Origin: Myxococcota bacterium
Lineage (GTDB): Bacteria; Myxococcota_A; UBA9160; SZUA-336
Assembly: GCA_965247115.1 (NCBI GenBank)
Contig: CBDFGR010000003.1
Location: forward strand, 480,001-544,000
DNA: 64,000 bases
Reading direction: 5' to 3'
The notes below the pieces were generated by a model, which was not told the DNA's origin, did no database searches, and worked only from the letters and a program-made list of their open reading frames with translations. Position 1 is the first letter of the stretch. Each line of letters begins with the position of its first letter. Below, piece by piece: positions 7,196 through 17,500 of the stretch. Position numbers and translations under genes: made by a program.

Positions 7196-8626
7196 ATGCC
7201 AGACGCAGAGAGGCAGCCTGACCTTCGAGATCAGCTTGCCGGAGCCGCCCAGGGAATCGCAGCGAAGCTGGTCGGAGATCCACAGCGGAGAGCCGAGAGC
7301 CTCGGCGAGATCTTCCTCGCCTGCGAGCAGACCGTCCGCGAGCACCCGGACGAGTGCCGCGAGGCGCTTGCAGTCGGCACCCTCGAGAGCTTTCTCTTGC
7401 CCTGCGTCCGGGCCAGCTTGCGCCGTGGCGAACCGTCGCCGCCGCGCGGCGGCTGGCTCGGGACCTTCATGAGCGTCGACGGGCGCCCCATCGAGCCCGA
7501 CGAGGCAGAGGATCCCGGTAGCCTGGACCGGGGCGCACTGGAGCTGAGTGAGCGGGCACTCCACCGCGCCATTTCAACCGCGGCAGCGGAGGGCAACGAG
7601 ACGTTGCTGCGCAACCTGCGCTGGTATCAGGAGCGGCTCGCCCACAAATCGTACGACGCCATCGCTCGAGAACAGGGGCGGATCCCGGCGACGGTGCGAA
7701 CAGGCGTGGCACGCGCCAGAAAGTTCGTGCTGCGCGCCGTCCACGAGCTCAGGAGCGCTCAGCCCGCACCGCTCTCCGGAGAAGCTCCGGCGGAGCTCGA
7801 GCCGCTGCGACAGCTCTGGGTAGACCAGGAGCTCGACGCGCTGGCCCGGGAGATGGAGCGGACCCGAGCCACGCACTCCGACGACGCCCACTGGCTCAAC
7901 CTGGCTGCACTGCTGGCAGGGGAGCGGGGCACGAAGGAGCAGGCGGAGGGGCTCTTCGAGAAGGCGCTCGTGTTCGCTGATGCTCCGAGTGTGCGCGGAC
8001 GGATCCTGAACAACCTGGGCAATCACGTCGAGGACCTCGGCGATGCCGACTCGGCGGTCGCGTACTGGTTGCGCGCCACGCAGCTGGTCCCGCACGCTCC
8101 TGCACCCCTCGTAAACCTGCTCGCGGCCGCGTCCGGGCGGAAGGACTACCCGGCTGCTCAGCACTACATCACCCAGCTCGGCGATCTCTTGAGCTCGGGT
8201 CACCTGCGGTCCGAGGAGAGGTCCTACCTGTGTCGCCGCCTGGCCGAGCATCCGAAGCTCGCCTGGCTGCGCGATACGGACGCGTGGCGCGTCGGTCCCG
8301 CCCGCTGGATCCGAGCCGCGCGCGCAGCTCGGTCCTTGACGGTCGCGGCCGCGGCAGCGGCAACTGCCGCGCTGGCCCTGCTCGTCCTGCTGACCCCGCA
8401 GCCCGCGGCGGCCTCAAGCCCGTCCGAGGCGGTGCTGCAAACCGTCGCTGCGGCGACGCTCGGCGACAGCATGAGCTTCCAGCGCGGCCGGGGCGGCGAC
8501 TCGATGGGCAAGCCACCGAAGAAGCTCCGCCCGGACGACGTGCACCTGCGGCACATGTTCCTCGCCGGCGACTCGATGGGTCGGAGCGGCTCGGGCAGAG
8601 GAGGCTCGCGACCGCGCGGCTCCTGA
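7196..8626 (+). CDS. Sigma-70 region-4-like HTH + TPR regulator with C-terminal signal-peptide-like segment and GDSM repeats
   Basis: GGAGG RBS then ATG at 7196. SYDAIAREQGRIPATVRTGVARARK is an ECF-type region 4 HTH. TPR motifs HWLNLAALL, ILNNLGNH..DLGD..SAVAYW and PLVNL. Then LTVAAAAAATAALALLVLLTPQPAAA and GDSM x3. Confidence 0.75.
   Translation: MPDAERQPDLRDQLAGAAQGIAAKLVGDPQRRAESLGEIFLACEQTVREHPDECREALAVGTLESFLLPCVRASLRRGEPSPPRGGWLGTFMSVDGRPIEPDEAEDPGSLDRGALELSERALHRAISTAAAEGNETLLRNLRWYQERLAHKSYDAIAREQGRIPATVRTGVARARKFVLRAVHELRSAQPAPLSGEAPAELEPLRQLWVDQELDALAREMERTRATHSDDAHWLNLAALLAGERGTKEQAEGLFEKALVFADAPSVRGRILNNLGNHVEDLGDADSAVAYWLRATQLVPHAPAPLVNLLAAASGRKDYPAAQHYITQLGDLLSSGHLRSEERSYLCRRLAEHPKLAWLRDTDAWRVGPARWIRAARAARSLTVAAAAAATAALALLVLLTPQPAAASSPSEAVLQTVAAATLGDSMSFQRGRGGDSMGKPPKKLRPDDVHLRHMFLAGDSMGRSGSGRGGSRPRGS
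8462..8581 (+). repeat. Three coding repeats GDSM(S/G)
   Basis: ggcgacagcatg at 8462, ggcgactcgatgggc at 8495 and ggcgactcgatgggt at 8567, all in frame with the 7196 CDS. Confidence 0.85.
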
Positions 8627-8661
8627 GAGCGCGCGCCCGCGCGCCAGTCTAGACTCCCCGG

Positions 8662-9489
8662 ATGAGTTCCGGGGGGGAGAGCGCGGCCCTGGCTGGGTGG
8701 CGAGCCAGGCTCCACGAGATCATCTTCGAAGCGGACACTCGCGCAGGCAAGGCCTTCGACGTGGGACTGCTGCTCACGATTACAGCCAGCCTCGTCGCGG
8801 TCAGCCTCGAGACGGTGTCGCCTTACGGGACCGAGCACGGGCGCACGCTGCGACTCCTGGAATGGGGCTTCACGCTCGTATTCAGCGCCGAGTACGCCTT
8901 GCGGCTCTTCTGTGTGCAGCGCCCGCTCGCCTACGCGCGCAGCTTCTACGGGATCGTGGACCTGCTGGCCATCTTCCCGACGTACCTGAGCGTGCTGTTC
9001 CCCGGTGCGCAGTCCTTCCTGATCGTTCGCGCGCTGCGCCTGCTGCGCGTGTTCCGGATCTTCAAGCTGGCCCGCTTCGTGGGCGAGATGGAAGTGCTGC
9101 GGACCGCCCTGCGCCAGAGCCGGCGCAAGATCACCGTGTTCGTGATCACGCTGCTCACGATTGTCGCCATCATGGGCGCCCTGATGTACCTGATCGAGGG
9201 TGACGAGTCCGGATTCACGAGCATCCCGCGCGGGATGTACTGGGCGATCGTGACCATGACCACCGTCGGATACGGGGATATCTCGCCCCAGACGCCGCTG
9301 GGACAGGTCGTAGCCTCTGTCTTGATGGTGATGGGCTACGGGCTTCTTGCCATTCCCACGGGGATCTTCTCCGCCGAGCTGATCGAGCTGACGCGGAAGC
9401 CGGTCAGCACACAGGTCTGTCCCAGCTGCTCGGCGGAAGGCCACGACGCCGATGCCGTCTACTGCAAATTCTGTGGCGTGGGTCTCTAG
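8662..9489 (+). CDS. Voltage-gated potassium channel (6TM) with C-terminal zinc ribbon
   Basis: S4 RALRLLRVFRIFKL; filter TMTTVGYGD; CPSC...CKFCG. Confidence 0.92.
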   Translation: MSSGGESAALAGWRARLHEIIFEADTRAGKAFDVGLLLTITASLVAVSLETVSPYGTEHGRTLRLLEWGFTLVFSAEYALRLFCVQRPLAYARSFYGIVDLLAIFPTYLSVLFPGAQSFLIVRALRLLRVFRIFKLARFVGEMEVLRTALRQSRRKITVFVITLLTIVAIMGALMYLIEGDESGFTSIPRGMYWAIVTMTTVGYGDISPQTPLGQVVASVLMVMGYGLLAIPTGIFSAELIELTRKPVSTQVCPSCSAEGHDADAVYCKFCGVGL

Positions 9490-9551
9490 GGGCGCCGCGC
9501 CGAAGGTCGCCTGCGGGCCCGGCGTTTGTTGTTCGAGCTTGCATAGCACTG

Positions 9552-9560
9552 TGATATGGT
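9552..9560 (+). promoter_or_regulatory. Candidate extended -10 promoter for the RRM gene
   Basis: TG-a-TATGGT in an AT-richer patch about 80 bp upstream of the start. Confidence 0.3.
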
Positions 9561-9638
9561 CGGACCACGGGACGCGAGGGCTCCGCGCTCGGAGGGACCG
9601 GCGCGGGAACTTCAAAGCTCGTGTTTGAGGAACGTAGT

Positions 9639-9950
9639 TTGGCCAAGAAGCTATACGTAGGGAATATTTCGTTCACGACGACCGAGGTCGAGCTTCGAGA
9701 GGTGTTCGAGAAGCACGGAGCCCTGGAGTCGGTCAACGTGATCACGGACCGGGAGACGGGCCGGTCGCGTGGATTCGCATTCGTCGAGTTCGCAGAGGAG
9801 AGCGGCGCGCAAGCCGCTCAGCAAGCTCTGGACGGCACGGAGCTGAGCGGGCGGAGTCTGCGTGTGAATGAGGCTCACGACCGTGGGCGTGGCGGTGGCG
9901 GTGGCGGCGGCGGTGGTGGCCGCGGCGGCTACGGGCGAGATCGCTACTGA
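9639..9950 (+). CDS. RNA-binding protein (RRM) with Gly-rich tail
   Basis: RNP2 KLYVGNI and RNP1 RGFAFVEF; GAGG RBS before TTG at 9639; poly-Gly tail from GGY codons. Confidence 0.95.
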   Translation: MAKKLYVGNISFTTTEVELREVFEKHGALESVNVITDRETGRSRGFAFVEFAEESGAQAAQQALDGTELSGRSLRVNEAHDRGRGGGGGGGGGGRGGYGRDRY

Positions 9951-10032
9951 CACGAACCCCTCGCGCGCCCTCTGCGCGCTGAGGTGCTCCCGGGGCTGGA
10001 TCCGAGCTCCTCGGACGTGGGCTGCGCTCGCG

Positions 10033-10359
10033 GTGAGTACGCTCGGGCTCGCGCTCGTCTCCGCCACGTGCGCGCCATATCAGAACGTGGGAATCGACAG
10101 CCGACCGGCTGCGGCCGAGGTCTTCGTCGACGGCTTCCGGATCGGTCAGACGCCGGTCCGAATTCCGATCGGAACCCTGAGCGACCACAAGGTCTACCTG
10201 AAGAAGGAGGGCTACCGCCCCGAGCTCGTCATCCTGACGCTGCGTGAGCCGCCCGACCGCCTCAACTTCCTGACCCCGCCCGACATCTTTGTCACGCTCG
10301 TCCCCCTGGACGACAGGTCCATCGGCAGCGACCTCCAGATCGAGCCGGAGGAGGACTAA
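10033..10359 (+). CDS. PEGA-domain protein, possible lipoprotein (start uncertain)
   Basis: IDSRPAAAEVFVDG..IGQTP...HKVYLKKEGY is the PEGA signature, preceded by a hydrophobic segment ending in C. Confidence 0.75.
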   Translation: MSTLGLALVSATCAPYQNVGIDSRPAAAEVFVDGFRIGQTPVRIPIGTLSDHKVYLKKEGYRPELVILTLREPPDRLNFLTPPDIFVTLVPLDDRSIGSDLQIEPEED

Positions 10360-11936
10360 GAGAGGCCGAGGCGGGGGCGGGCCGAGTAGCCGAGCTCGGC
10401 CTCGAGAACCATTCCTACACGACAGAGTGTTGATTCGTCGTAGAGGCGTCCGTGGAGCGTCAGCGCCGCGGGCGTGCCATCCACACGAAAGCCGACGGGG
10501 AGGGTCAAAGACGGGTGGCCGGTCGCGTTCGTGATCGGCGAGAAGCCGGCTCCCATCCCCGGCGCCACAAGGATCTCGGTCTGCTCGAAGAGATCGCGCA
10601 TCGCCCCCATGGCGTTCCTGCGCAGCCGCTGCAGCTGCACGTACTCGACTGCCGACGTGTAGTGGGCTGTGCGAAAGCTGTTCGGCCACGAGCGCGCCTC
10701 CTGCTGGCGCAGCTCGTCGTCGCGGTTCGTGAGTGTGAGCTCCTGAAAGGCGGCCGCCGCCTCGACGAAGAGCAGCGTCAGCACCACCTCGTACGACAAC
10801 TCCGGCGCGGTGATCTCCACGAGCTCGAGTCCGCTGCGTTCGAGAGCAGAGAGCGCTTCCCGTTCACTCGCTCCCGCCTTGGGTTCCGCGAACCACTCGG
10901 GAACGTATCCCACGCGGCCCCCGGCCACGGCGGCATCCGCGTCGAAGCCGAAGCAGACATCGACGGCATCGGGATCGCCCTCGTGGCTGCCGTGGATGGC
11001 GTCAAGCACGACGGCGGTGTCCTCCACACTCCTGCAGATGGGCCCGAGCTTGTCGAGCGACCAGCACAGGGTCATGGAGCCGGTGCGCGGAACGCGTCCG
11101 AACGTGGGCCGCAGCCCGACCGCCCCGCACGTCATCGACGGGCTGGCGATCGAGCCCAGCGTCTCGCTGCCAATGGCAAAGCCGACGAGACCGGCCGCCA
11201 CGGCGGCTGCCGACCCGGCGCTCGAGCCGCCAGAGCCCTGCTCGAGCTTCCAGGGGTTCCGCGTCTTGCCGCCGAACCAGACGTCGCCCATCGCCAGCTC
11301 GCCGAGGCTGAGCTTTGCGACGAGAACCGCTCCAGCGTTGGTCAGGCGACGGACGACCTCGGCATCCTCGTCGGGAACGCGGTCGCGAAACGGCGCCGCT
11401 CCGAAGGTCGTGGCGATCCCCGCGGTGTCCAGCAGGTCTTTCGCTCCCCACGGAACGCCGTGGAGCGGCCCCCGGTACCGGCCAGCAGCGATCTCCGCGT
11501 CCGCACGCTCCGCCGCCCCAAGCGCGCTGTCTTCGGTCAGGGTGACCACACACTCGAGCTGGGCGTCCGCTTTGGCGAGCCTGGTCAGGTAGAGCCGCGT
11601 CAGCTCCACGCTGCTGAGCTCTCGACGCTCGAGCCAGCGCGAGAGCTGCGAGAGCGGAGCAAAGGCGATGTCCTCTCCTGCCGTCGGAACCCGCGCGGAC
11701 GACGGGGAGGAGCGAACGAGGGGACGCAACTCGCGCTCGAAGCTCATGCCGGGCAGTACGGGGGTAAAGCCGGTCGCCGGTCCGAGGCCGTTTGGAAGCT
11801 CGACCTGGCGCCGCTTCGCGTAGGCCCGGAGCGGGAGCTCGATCGAAGCGAGCACGAGCTCGCGCTCGTCTTCGGTGAACTCGAGCCCGAGCAGCTCCTC
11901 TGCGGCGGCCAGTGATGAAGTCGTGAGTGAGCTCAC
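10356..11936 (-). CDS. Amidase signature family protein
   Basis: GPLHGVPWGAKD, GGSSAGSAAAVAAG and GSETLGSIASP motifs. Likely GTG start at 11936; the longer ORF overlaps xth. Confidence 0.92.
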   Translation of the reverse strand: MSSLTTSSLAAAEELLGLEFTEDERELVLASIELPLRAYAKRRQVELPNGLGPATGFTPVLPGMSFERELRPLVRSSPSSARVPTAGEDIAFAPLSQLSRWLERRELSSVELTRLYLTRLAKADAQLECVVTLTEDSALGAAERADAEIAAGRYRGPLHGVPWGAKDLLDTAGIATTFGAAPFRDRVPDEDAEVVRRLTNAGAVLVAKLSLGELAMGDVWFGGKTRNPWKLEQGSGGSSAGSAAAVAAGLVGFAIGSETLGSIASPSMTCGAVGLRPTFGRVPRTGSMTLCWSLDKLGPICRSVEDTAVVLDAIHGSHEGDPDAVDVCFGFDADAAVAGGRVGYVPEWFAEPKAGASEREALSALERSGLELVEITAPELSYEVVLTLLFVEAAAAFQELTLTNRDDELRQQEARSWPNSFRTAHYTSAVEYVQLQRLRRNAMGAMRDLFEQTEILVAPGMGAGFSPITNATGHPSLTLPVGFRVDGTPAALTLHGRLYDESTLCRVGMVLEAELGYSARPRLGLS

Positions 11937-12007
11937 CAGCAGATTGTAACCCGCTCCGAGTGGGGCACAGTTTGCGCGCCTCTGGACGGCTGCTCTAGGG
12001 TTGCGCC

Positions 12008-12775
12008 ATGAAGCTCGCCACCTGGAACGTGAACTCCGTGCGCGCCAGGCACGACCGCCTGCTCGCCTTTCTCGAGCGGCACGATCCGGACGTCGTCTGC
12101 CTGCAGGAGACGAAGGTCGTCGACGGTTCGTTCCCCAGCGACGAGATCCGACGTGTCGGTTACGAGTCGACGTTGCTGGGCCAGAAGACGTACAACGGCG
12201 TCGCGATCCTCTCGCGTCGGCCGCCCGAAGACGTGAAGCGAGGCTTCGAGGACGGGAGCGACGATTCACAGGCGCGCATGATCGCCGCGAGCATCGAGGG
12301 CATCCGCTGCGTGTGCGTGTACGTCCCGAACGGCAGGAGCGTGGGGAGCGAGAGCTACGAGTACAAGCTCGACTGGCTGGCGCGCCTGCGCGATTTCCTC
12401 GAGAAGGACTCGAGCCCGGAGCATCCGCTCGCATTGCTCGGCGACTTCAACGTCGCTCCTGCCGATCTCGACGTCCACGATCCCGCGGTCTGGCGAGGAG
12501 AGATCCTGTGCAGTGACGCCGAACGGGAGGCATTCGCCGAGCTCGGGTCCTGGGGCCTCACCGACAGCTTCCGAGCCCTCCATCCGGACGAGCAGAAATT
12601 CACCTGGTGGGACTACCGTCGGCTCGCGTTCCCCAAAGCCCGCGGCCTGCGAATCGACCACATCCTGCTCACGCCACCGCTAACAGAACGGCTGCAGGAG
12701 GTCGTAGTGGACCGAGACGAACGCAAGGGCAAGGGACCATCCGACCACGCCCCCGTGCTCGCGATCCTGGACTGA
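12008..12775 (+). CDS. xth: Exodeoxyribonuclease III
   Basis: MKLATWNVNSVR, LQETK, YVPNG, GDFN, GLRIDH and SDHAP motifs. Confidence 0.96.
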   Translation: MKLATWNVNSVRARHDRLLAFLERHDPDVVCLQETKVVDGSFPSDEIRRVGYESTLLGQKTYNGVAILSRRPPEDVKRGFEDGSDDSQARMIAASIEGIRCVCVYVPNGRSVGSESYEYKLDWLARLRDFLEKDSSPEHPLALLGDFNVAPADLDVHDPAVWRGEILCSDAEREAFAELGSWGLTDSFRALHPDEQKFTWWDYRRLAFPKARGLRIDHILLTPPLTERLQEVVVDRDERKGKGPSDHAPVLAILD

Positions 12776-12776
12776 C

Positions 12777-14030
12777 TCACTCCGTGTCGGGCAGGAGTGG
12801 TGCGGGCTTGCCGAAAAGCCAGCCCTGCCCGAACTCGATCCCGAGTTTACCGAGCGTGCGCAGCTCCTCGAGCCTGGAGAGCCCCTCGCCGATGATCCTT
12901 GCGCTCGTATCCTCGGCGATCGCCTGGAAAGCGCGCACCATGTTCTGCCGGGCAGGATCCTCGTCGATACCCTGGACGAACGCGCGGTCGATCTTGATGA
13001 ACTCCGGCGCGAGCTCTAGCACGGCCTCCAACGAGGCGTACCCCGCCCCCGTATCATCCAGCGCGAACGTGAAGCCAAGCTTCCCGTACGCATCACGCGC
13101 CTCGCGAAAGATCTCGTAGTTCTCGATCGACTCCTGCTCCGAGATCTCGAACACCACGTCGCTCGGGCTCAGCCCACAGTGGTCGAGCGTGGCGGTGAGC
13201 GCATCGGGCTGAAAACTCGGGTCATGGATCGCAGTCGGACGGATGTTGATGAACAGCTTCACCTGCTCGGGGAAGTCGATCGCTCCCTCGATCGCCTTTT
13301 GCCTGCACAGGCAGTCGAGCTCGAATGTCAGGTTCTCGCGCTCGGCGAGGCCAAAGAGCGCCAGCGGCGAGGACAGCCCGCTGCCTGCCGGACCGCGCGC
13401 GAGCGCCTCGTACCCGAACACCGTGAAATCGTTGGCGTACACGATCGGCTCGTAGACCGACCGCAGCCGGCCCGACACGATGATGTCCAGGAGCTCGCGC
13501 CGATTGTCGCGAATGCAGAGGCTGGCGTTCAGCTCAGCGTCGCGCCGCGCCGCGCGGAGCGCGTCCCGCAGCTGCGTGGCGCCGGAGACGAGCGGGTTGC
13601 GCAGCACGAACGCCAACCCGACGGACAGCGCCGGGGTCTCGCGCAGGTACGGATAGACGACCCGCTGACCGGTGCGCTCGATGCGCTCCCTGATCACCTT
13701 GGCGAGCTGGGGAAGCCCTTCGCGGTAGAATGGTGCGTCGCCAGGATCGCGCGCCAGGCAGAGGATGACCTCGCTGCGGCCCACCTCGCCGGAGGCGAGT
13801 AGCTCACCGCCGCCGAAGTCCTCCTCGCAGACGGACTTCACGATGCCAGCCAGAGTGCAGAGGGCCCGGCTGTGGGCCTCGTGACCATAGCGGCGCTCGA
13901 TCTGATCGAGCGGGCTGGCGTCGATGGTGATGACTCCCAGCGCGCCCGCAGCCGAGAAACGCTTCTCGATCTCGGCGCTCACGTCCCCCAGAGGGAGGAT
14001 GAATTCCAGAATGGCGGGAGTGTCCGGCAT
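12777..14030 (-). CDS. EAL-domain c-di-GMP phosphodiesterase with degenerate GGDEF domain
   Basis: YEPIV, GYEALAR, FIN, EISE, DDTGAGY, IKIDR, EG and GQG motifs; the N-domain has GRSEV in place of GGDEF. Confidence 0.9.
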   Translation of the reverse strand: MPDTPAILEFILPLGDVSAEIEKRFSAAGALGVITIDASPLDQIERRYGHEAHSRALCTLAGIVKSVCEEDFGGGELLASGEVGRSEVILCLARDPGDAPFYREGLPQLAKVIRERIERTGQRVVYPYLRETPALSVGLAFVLRNPLVSGATQLRDALRAARRDAELNASLCIRDNRRELLDIIVSGRLRSVYEPIVYANDFTVFGYEALARGPAGSGLSSPLALFGLAERENLTFELDCLCRQKAIEGAIDFPEQVKLFINIRPTAIHDPSFQPDALTATLDHCGLSPSDVVFEISEQESIENYEIFREARDAYGKLGFTFALDDTGAGYASLEAVLELAPEFIKIDRAFVQGIDEDPARQNMVRAFQAIAEDTSARIIGEGLSRLEELRTLGKLGIEFGQGWLFGKPAPLLPDTE

Positions 14031-14099
14031 GGTCCCCAGGCATCTCGAGGTAGTGGATCACCCTCGGCATCGGCAGCTGCGGGGACATCGTTGAGGACG

Positions 14100-14477
14100 T
14101 CAGGAGACCTTGTCCGCCTTCTCGTCGTGAGCTCCATTCACGCGGAGCCACGTCCCATGGCGCAGCGACAGGTCGAGCTCCGCGGCACACAGGTTGCGCG
14201 GGAAGCGTGCGCCGCCAATCCGCGCCCCGTGCAGGCTCGCTCCATCGAGTTCCGCATAGATCAGGTCGACGCCGCGCAGGTCGGCGTTGCGCAGGTCGGC
14301 GTTGCGCAGGTAGGCGCCCCGGAGGTTCGCGTGAGAGAGATCCGCGCCGCGCAAGTCGAGACCCCGAAGGCTGGCGTTCTCGAGCTGCGGGGCGTCTTCT
14401 GCGGCACGTTCGTTAAACTCGTCGAGCTTGCTCTCGACGAGCAGATGGCGTAGCCCGGAGCTCCGATCGAGCGTCAT
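14100..14477 (-). CDS. Pentapeptide repeat protein
   Basis: A(D/N)LxG/N repeats; exact 15-bp tandem DNA repeat at 14274-14303. Confidence 0.92.
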   Translation of the reverse strand: MTLDRSSGLRHLLVESKLDEFNERAAEDAPQLENASLRGLDLRGADLSHANLRGAYLRNADLRNADLRGVDLIYAELDGASLHGARIGGARFPRNLCAAELDLSLRHGTWLRVNGAHDEKADKVS

Positions 14478-14547
14478 ACAGCTCTCCTTCTCGGCCCCTA
14501 TCGGGGCTGGTGGCTCGGAGCTTGAGACGATCGGGTCGCTGCCCGTG

Positions 14548-17500
14548 CTACTTCGTGCGCAGGCCAGGCGGCCCGTCGCACACGCCTGCAGCTGTGAGCA
14601 CGCTCAGGGCCTGCCTCTCGTAGCGCCCCAGCCCGCGCTCGCGAAACATCGCGGCAGACTCAGCGGCGTCCCGGTCTCGCGCCTCGGCCTCACCGCGTAG
14701 GGCCGCCAGCTTCGCGCGGCCGAGCAGCGCCTTGGCTTGTACGAAACGCGCGCCGAGGTTCCTGGCCGAGCGCAGCGCCTCGTTCAAACAACGCTCTGCA
14801 TTCCCCCACCCAGACGGACCTCCTGCCAGCGCAACGGCGCCCAAGCTCAAAAGGCCCCTGGCCTCGCGCAGGCGGCCGCCGCCGCGGGCACTGCTTCCCT
14901 CGGCAACCCGCCTCGCGCGCTCGAGCTCGCCGGCTGCGAGCAGCGCTTCCACGATCAGGTCGACGTTCGTGGGCAGCTCGCCGTTTCGGAGGCTCTCCTC
15001 GATCCTCTCGAGCTCCGCGGCCTCCGCCATGCGCTCGCCACTCTCGGCGCGCACGGCGATCCTGACGGCTCGCATCGATCGGGCGGCCGCCACGTTCTCG
15101 ATCTGATCCGCGATGCCCAGGTCGAGCTCCGACCAGCGCCCGGCCTCGGAGCTGTTGTCTTGCGCGAACTCCAGGAAGGAGAGCAACGCGGCGCTCCCGG
15201 TCTGGAGAGTGCGGTTGTTGTGACGACGCGCCAGCTCGTAGGTCTCGCGCAGGCGGGGCTCCACCGTCAGGAACTCATCCGCCTCGAAGAGGACCCGGTC
15301 CCGAAAGAAGAGCGCGCCCAGGTAGGCGTCCGAGCTGCCTTCCTTCCCGTACAGTTTCTCCACCTCGAGCAGGGCCGCTTCGCTCTCGCGGCGAGCGTCC
15401 TCGAAACGTCCGTCGCGTGCGAGTGCCCAGCCGAGACTGCGGGAGATACGGGCCGCCGACGCCTCGTGTCCAGCCCGACGCGCGACGTCCAGGCCCTGCT
15501 CGACCAGAGCCAGTCCCTCGTCGAAGTCTCCATCGCGACTATCGATCACGAGCAGGCCGCGGTTCGCCAGCAGGTTCGCAAGCTCCTCACGGTCAGCGAG
15601 CCGCTCCGCGAGCTCTATGCCACGGCGAGCAGCCCGGAGCTGCTCTTCTCGTTCTCGCCCGTAGACGAGGCCCACACGCGCGACACCCGCACTGGCGTGG
15701 AGCACCGAACGCAGCAGCGACTCGTCCTCGTCGGGCGATTCGCCGAGGTTGGCCTCGGCCAACCCCCAGGCCTCCCGATACAGGCGAGCCGCATCCCCGT
15801 ACGACGGCAATGCCCCTGCCTCTGCGCCGGCCTGGAGGAGCAGGCGCGTACCCTTGCCCCGATCGTCGCTGCGGGCAAAGTGGTGCGCCAGCAGCGGCAA
15901 TCTCACCCTCGCTTCTCCGTCCGCCGCCTCGAGCAGCTCGCCTACGCGCCGGTGCAGCGTGCGCCGCTCGCGCAGCAGCAACGCGCCGTACGCAACCTCC
16001 TGCGTCAGGCTCTCACCGAAGCGGAACTCGTCCTTGTCCACGCCGAGCTTCCGGTGGACGATCCCGAGTCGCTCGAGCTCCTCGAGCTCCCGATCCACGT
16101 CGATGTTCTCTCCGCTCGCGAGGGCGGAGAGCTGCGGCCTGCGGAACTGGCGTCCGAACACCGAGGCGATCTGCGCTACGCGCTTGGCCGAGGGGCTCAG
16201 GCGGTCGAGCCGTGCCTCGAGCAGCTCGTGCACGGTGTCGGGGATGCGGATCTCTTCGACCGGACGGGTGAGCTCGACCCGACCCGAGCTACTCACCAGC
16301 GTCCCATCCTCGACCAGGGTCTTCGTCAGCTCCTCGAGGAACAGCGGGTTTCCCTCGCCCTTGGCGAGCACACGCTCCTCCAGCTCGATCGGGAGCGGAC
16401 CACCCGCGCGGGCACGCACGATCTCCGCGCCCTCCTCCCGAGACAGGGGGGAGAGGTGCAGCTGGGTCAGCGCCGCTGCGGACTTCCAGGCCGGCACGTA
16501 TTGCGGCCTGTGGGTCACGAGCAGCATCGAGCGACCCTGCTCGAACTTCGAGAGGGAGAGCTCCAGCATCTCGCGCGAGGCGTCGTCGATCCAGTGCAGA
16601 TCCTCGACGATCATCAGCACAGGCGTACGCATGGCTGCGCGCGTGACGAGCCCCACCACCGCGGCGAACGAGCGCAGCTTGTACTCCTCGGCGCCCACCT
16701 CCACGTCGGGTAGGGAGAGCATGGCGTGGAGACCTGGGGCGACGTCCTCCTCGTAGGTGCCGAGACCTGCCAGTCCCTTTTCGATCTTGCGGCGAGTTTC
16801 CTCTGCCTCTTCTCCCGGCACGATGCCGAAGTAGCGCTGAATCATGCTGACCCACGGGGAGTACGGCGTGCCCTGAGTCAGCGAAGAGCAACGCGCCTCG
16901 AAGAGGGACACCTCGTCTTGCTGAAGCTGCTGCTTGAACTCGTAGATCACGCGCGACTTGCCGGAGCCCGCTGGGCCGACGACGGCGACAACCTGGCCAA
17001 GGCGGCCGCGCGAGCTCTGGTAGCACGAGTCCAGCTGAGCCAGCTGCTCGGCTCGGCCGACGAGAGGCGTCAGCCCCTCGGAGCGCGCGATGGACATGGG
17101 TGTGAGGACCTCGGACAGGCCGAGTACCTCGTGCGCCTGAATCGGGTCGCGCTTGCCCTTGACGTCGAACGGGCCGAGCGGACGGGTATGGAAGGCGTCG
17201 CGCACGACGCGGTGTGTGGCATCACTGACCAGGATCGAGCCCGGAGCAGCCAGCGTCTGGAGCCTAGCCGCCAGGTTCGTCGTGTCGCCGATCGCGGTGT
17301 AGTCCATCTTCAGGTCGTTGCCGACGGTACCCGCCACGACCATCCCGGTATGAATCCCGATCCGTGCCCTGAGCTCGATGCCTCCCGCCCGCGGCTCGAG
17401 CAGAGAGAGCGCGCGCTGGATCGCGACCGCCGCGCGAACTGCGCGCTCGGAATCGTTCTCGTATGAGATGGGTGCGCCGAAGAGCGCCATCAGCCCGTCG

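Noticed and set aside
8462..8581. GDSM as a LexA/S24 peptidase active site or phosphopantetheine site
   Set aside because: The motif matches the S24 catalytic-Ser text, but the surrounding sequence is short and low-complexity, with no room for a peptidase or carrier fold.
9891..9930. GGY trinucleotide microsatellite
   Set aside because: It encodes the ordinary Gly-rich tail of bacterial RRM proteins.
11937..12434. N-terminal extension of the amidase ORF; likewise the extensions of hemN, TatT, GST, LLM, the multiheme cytochrome and CoA-transferase ORFs in the track
   Set aside because: The extensions overlap well-supported neighbouring genes and lack family similarity, so downstream starts were chosen.
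14274..14311. 15-bp tandem DNA repeat
   Set aside because: Fully explained by pentapeptide-repeat coding.
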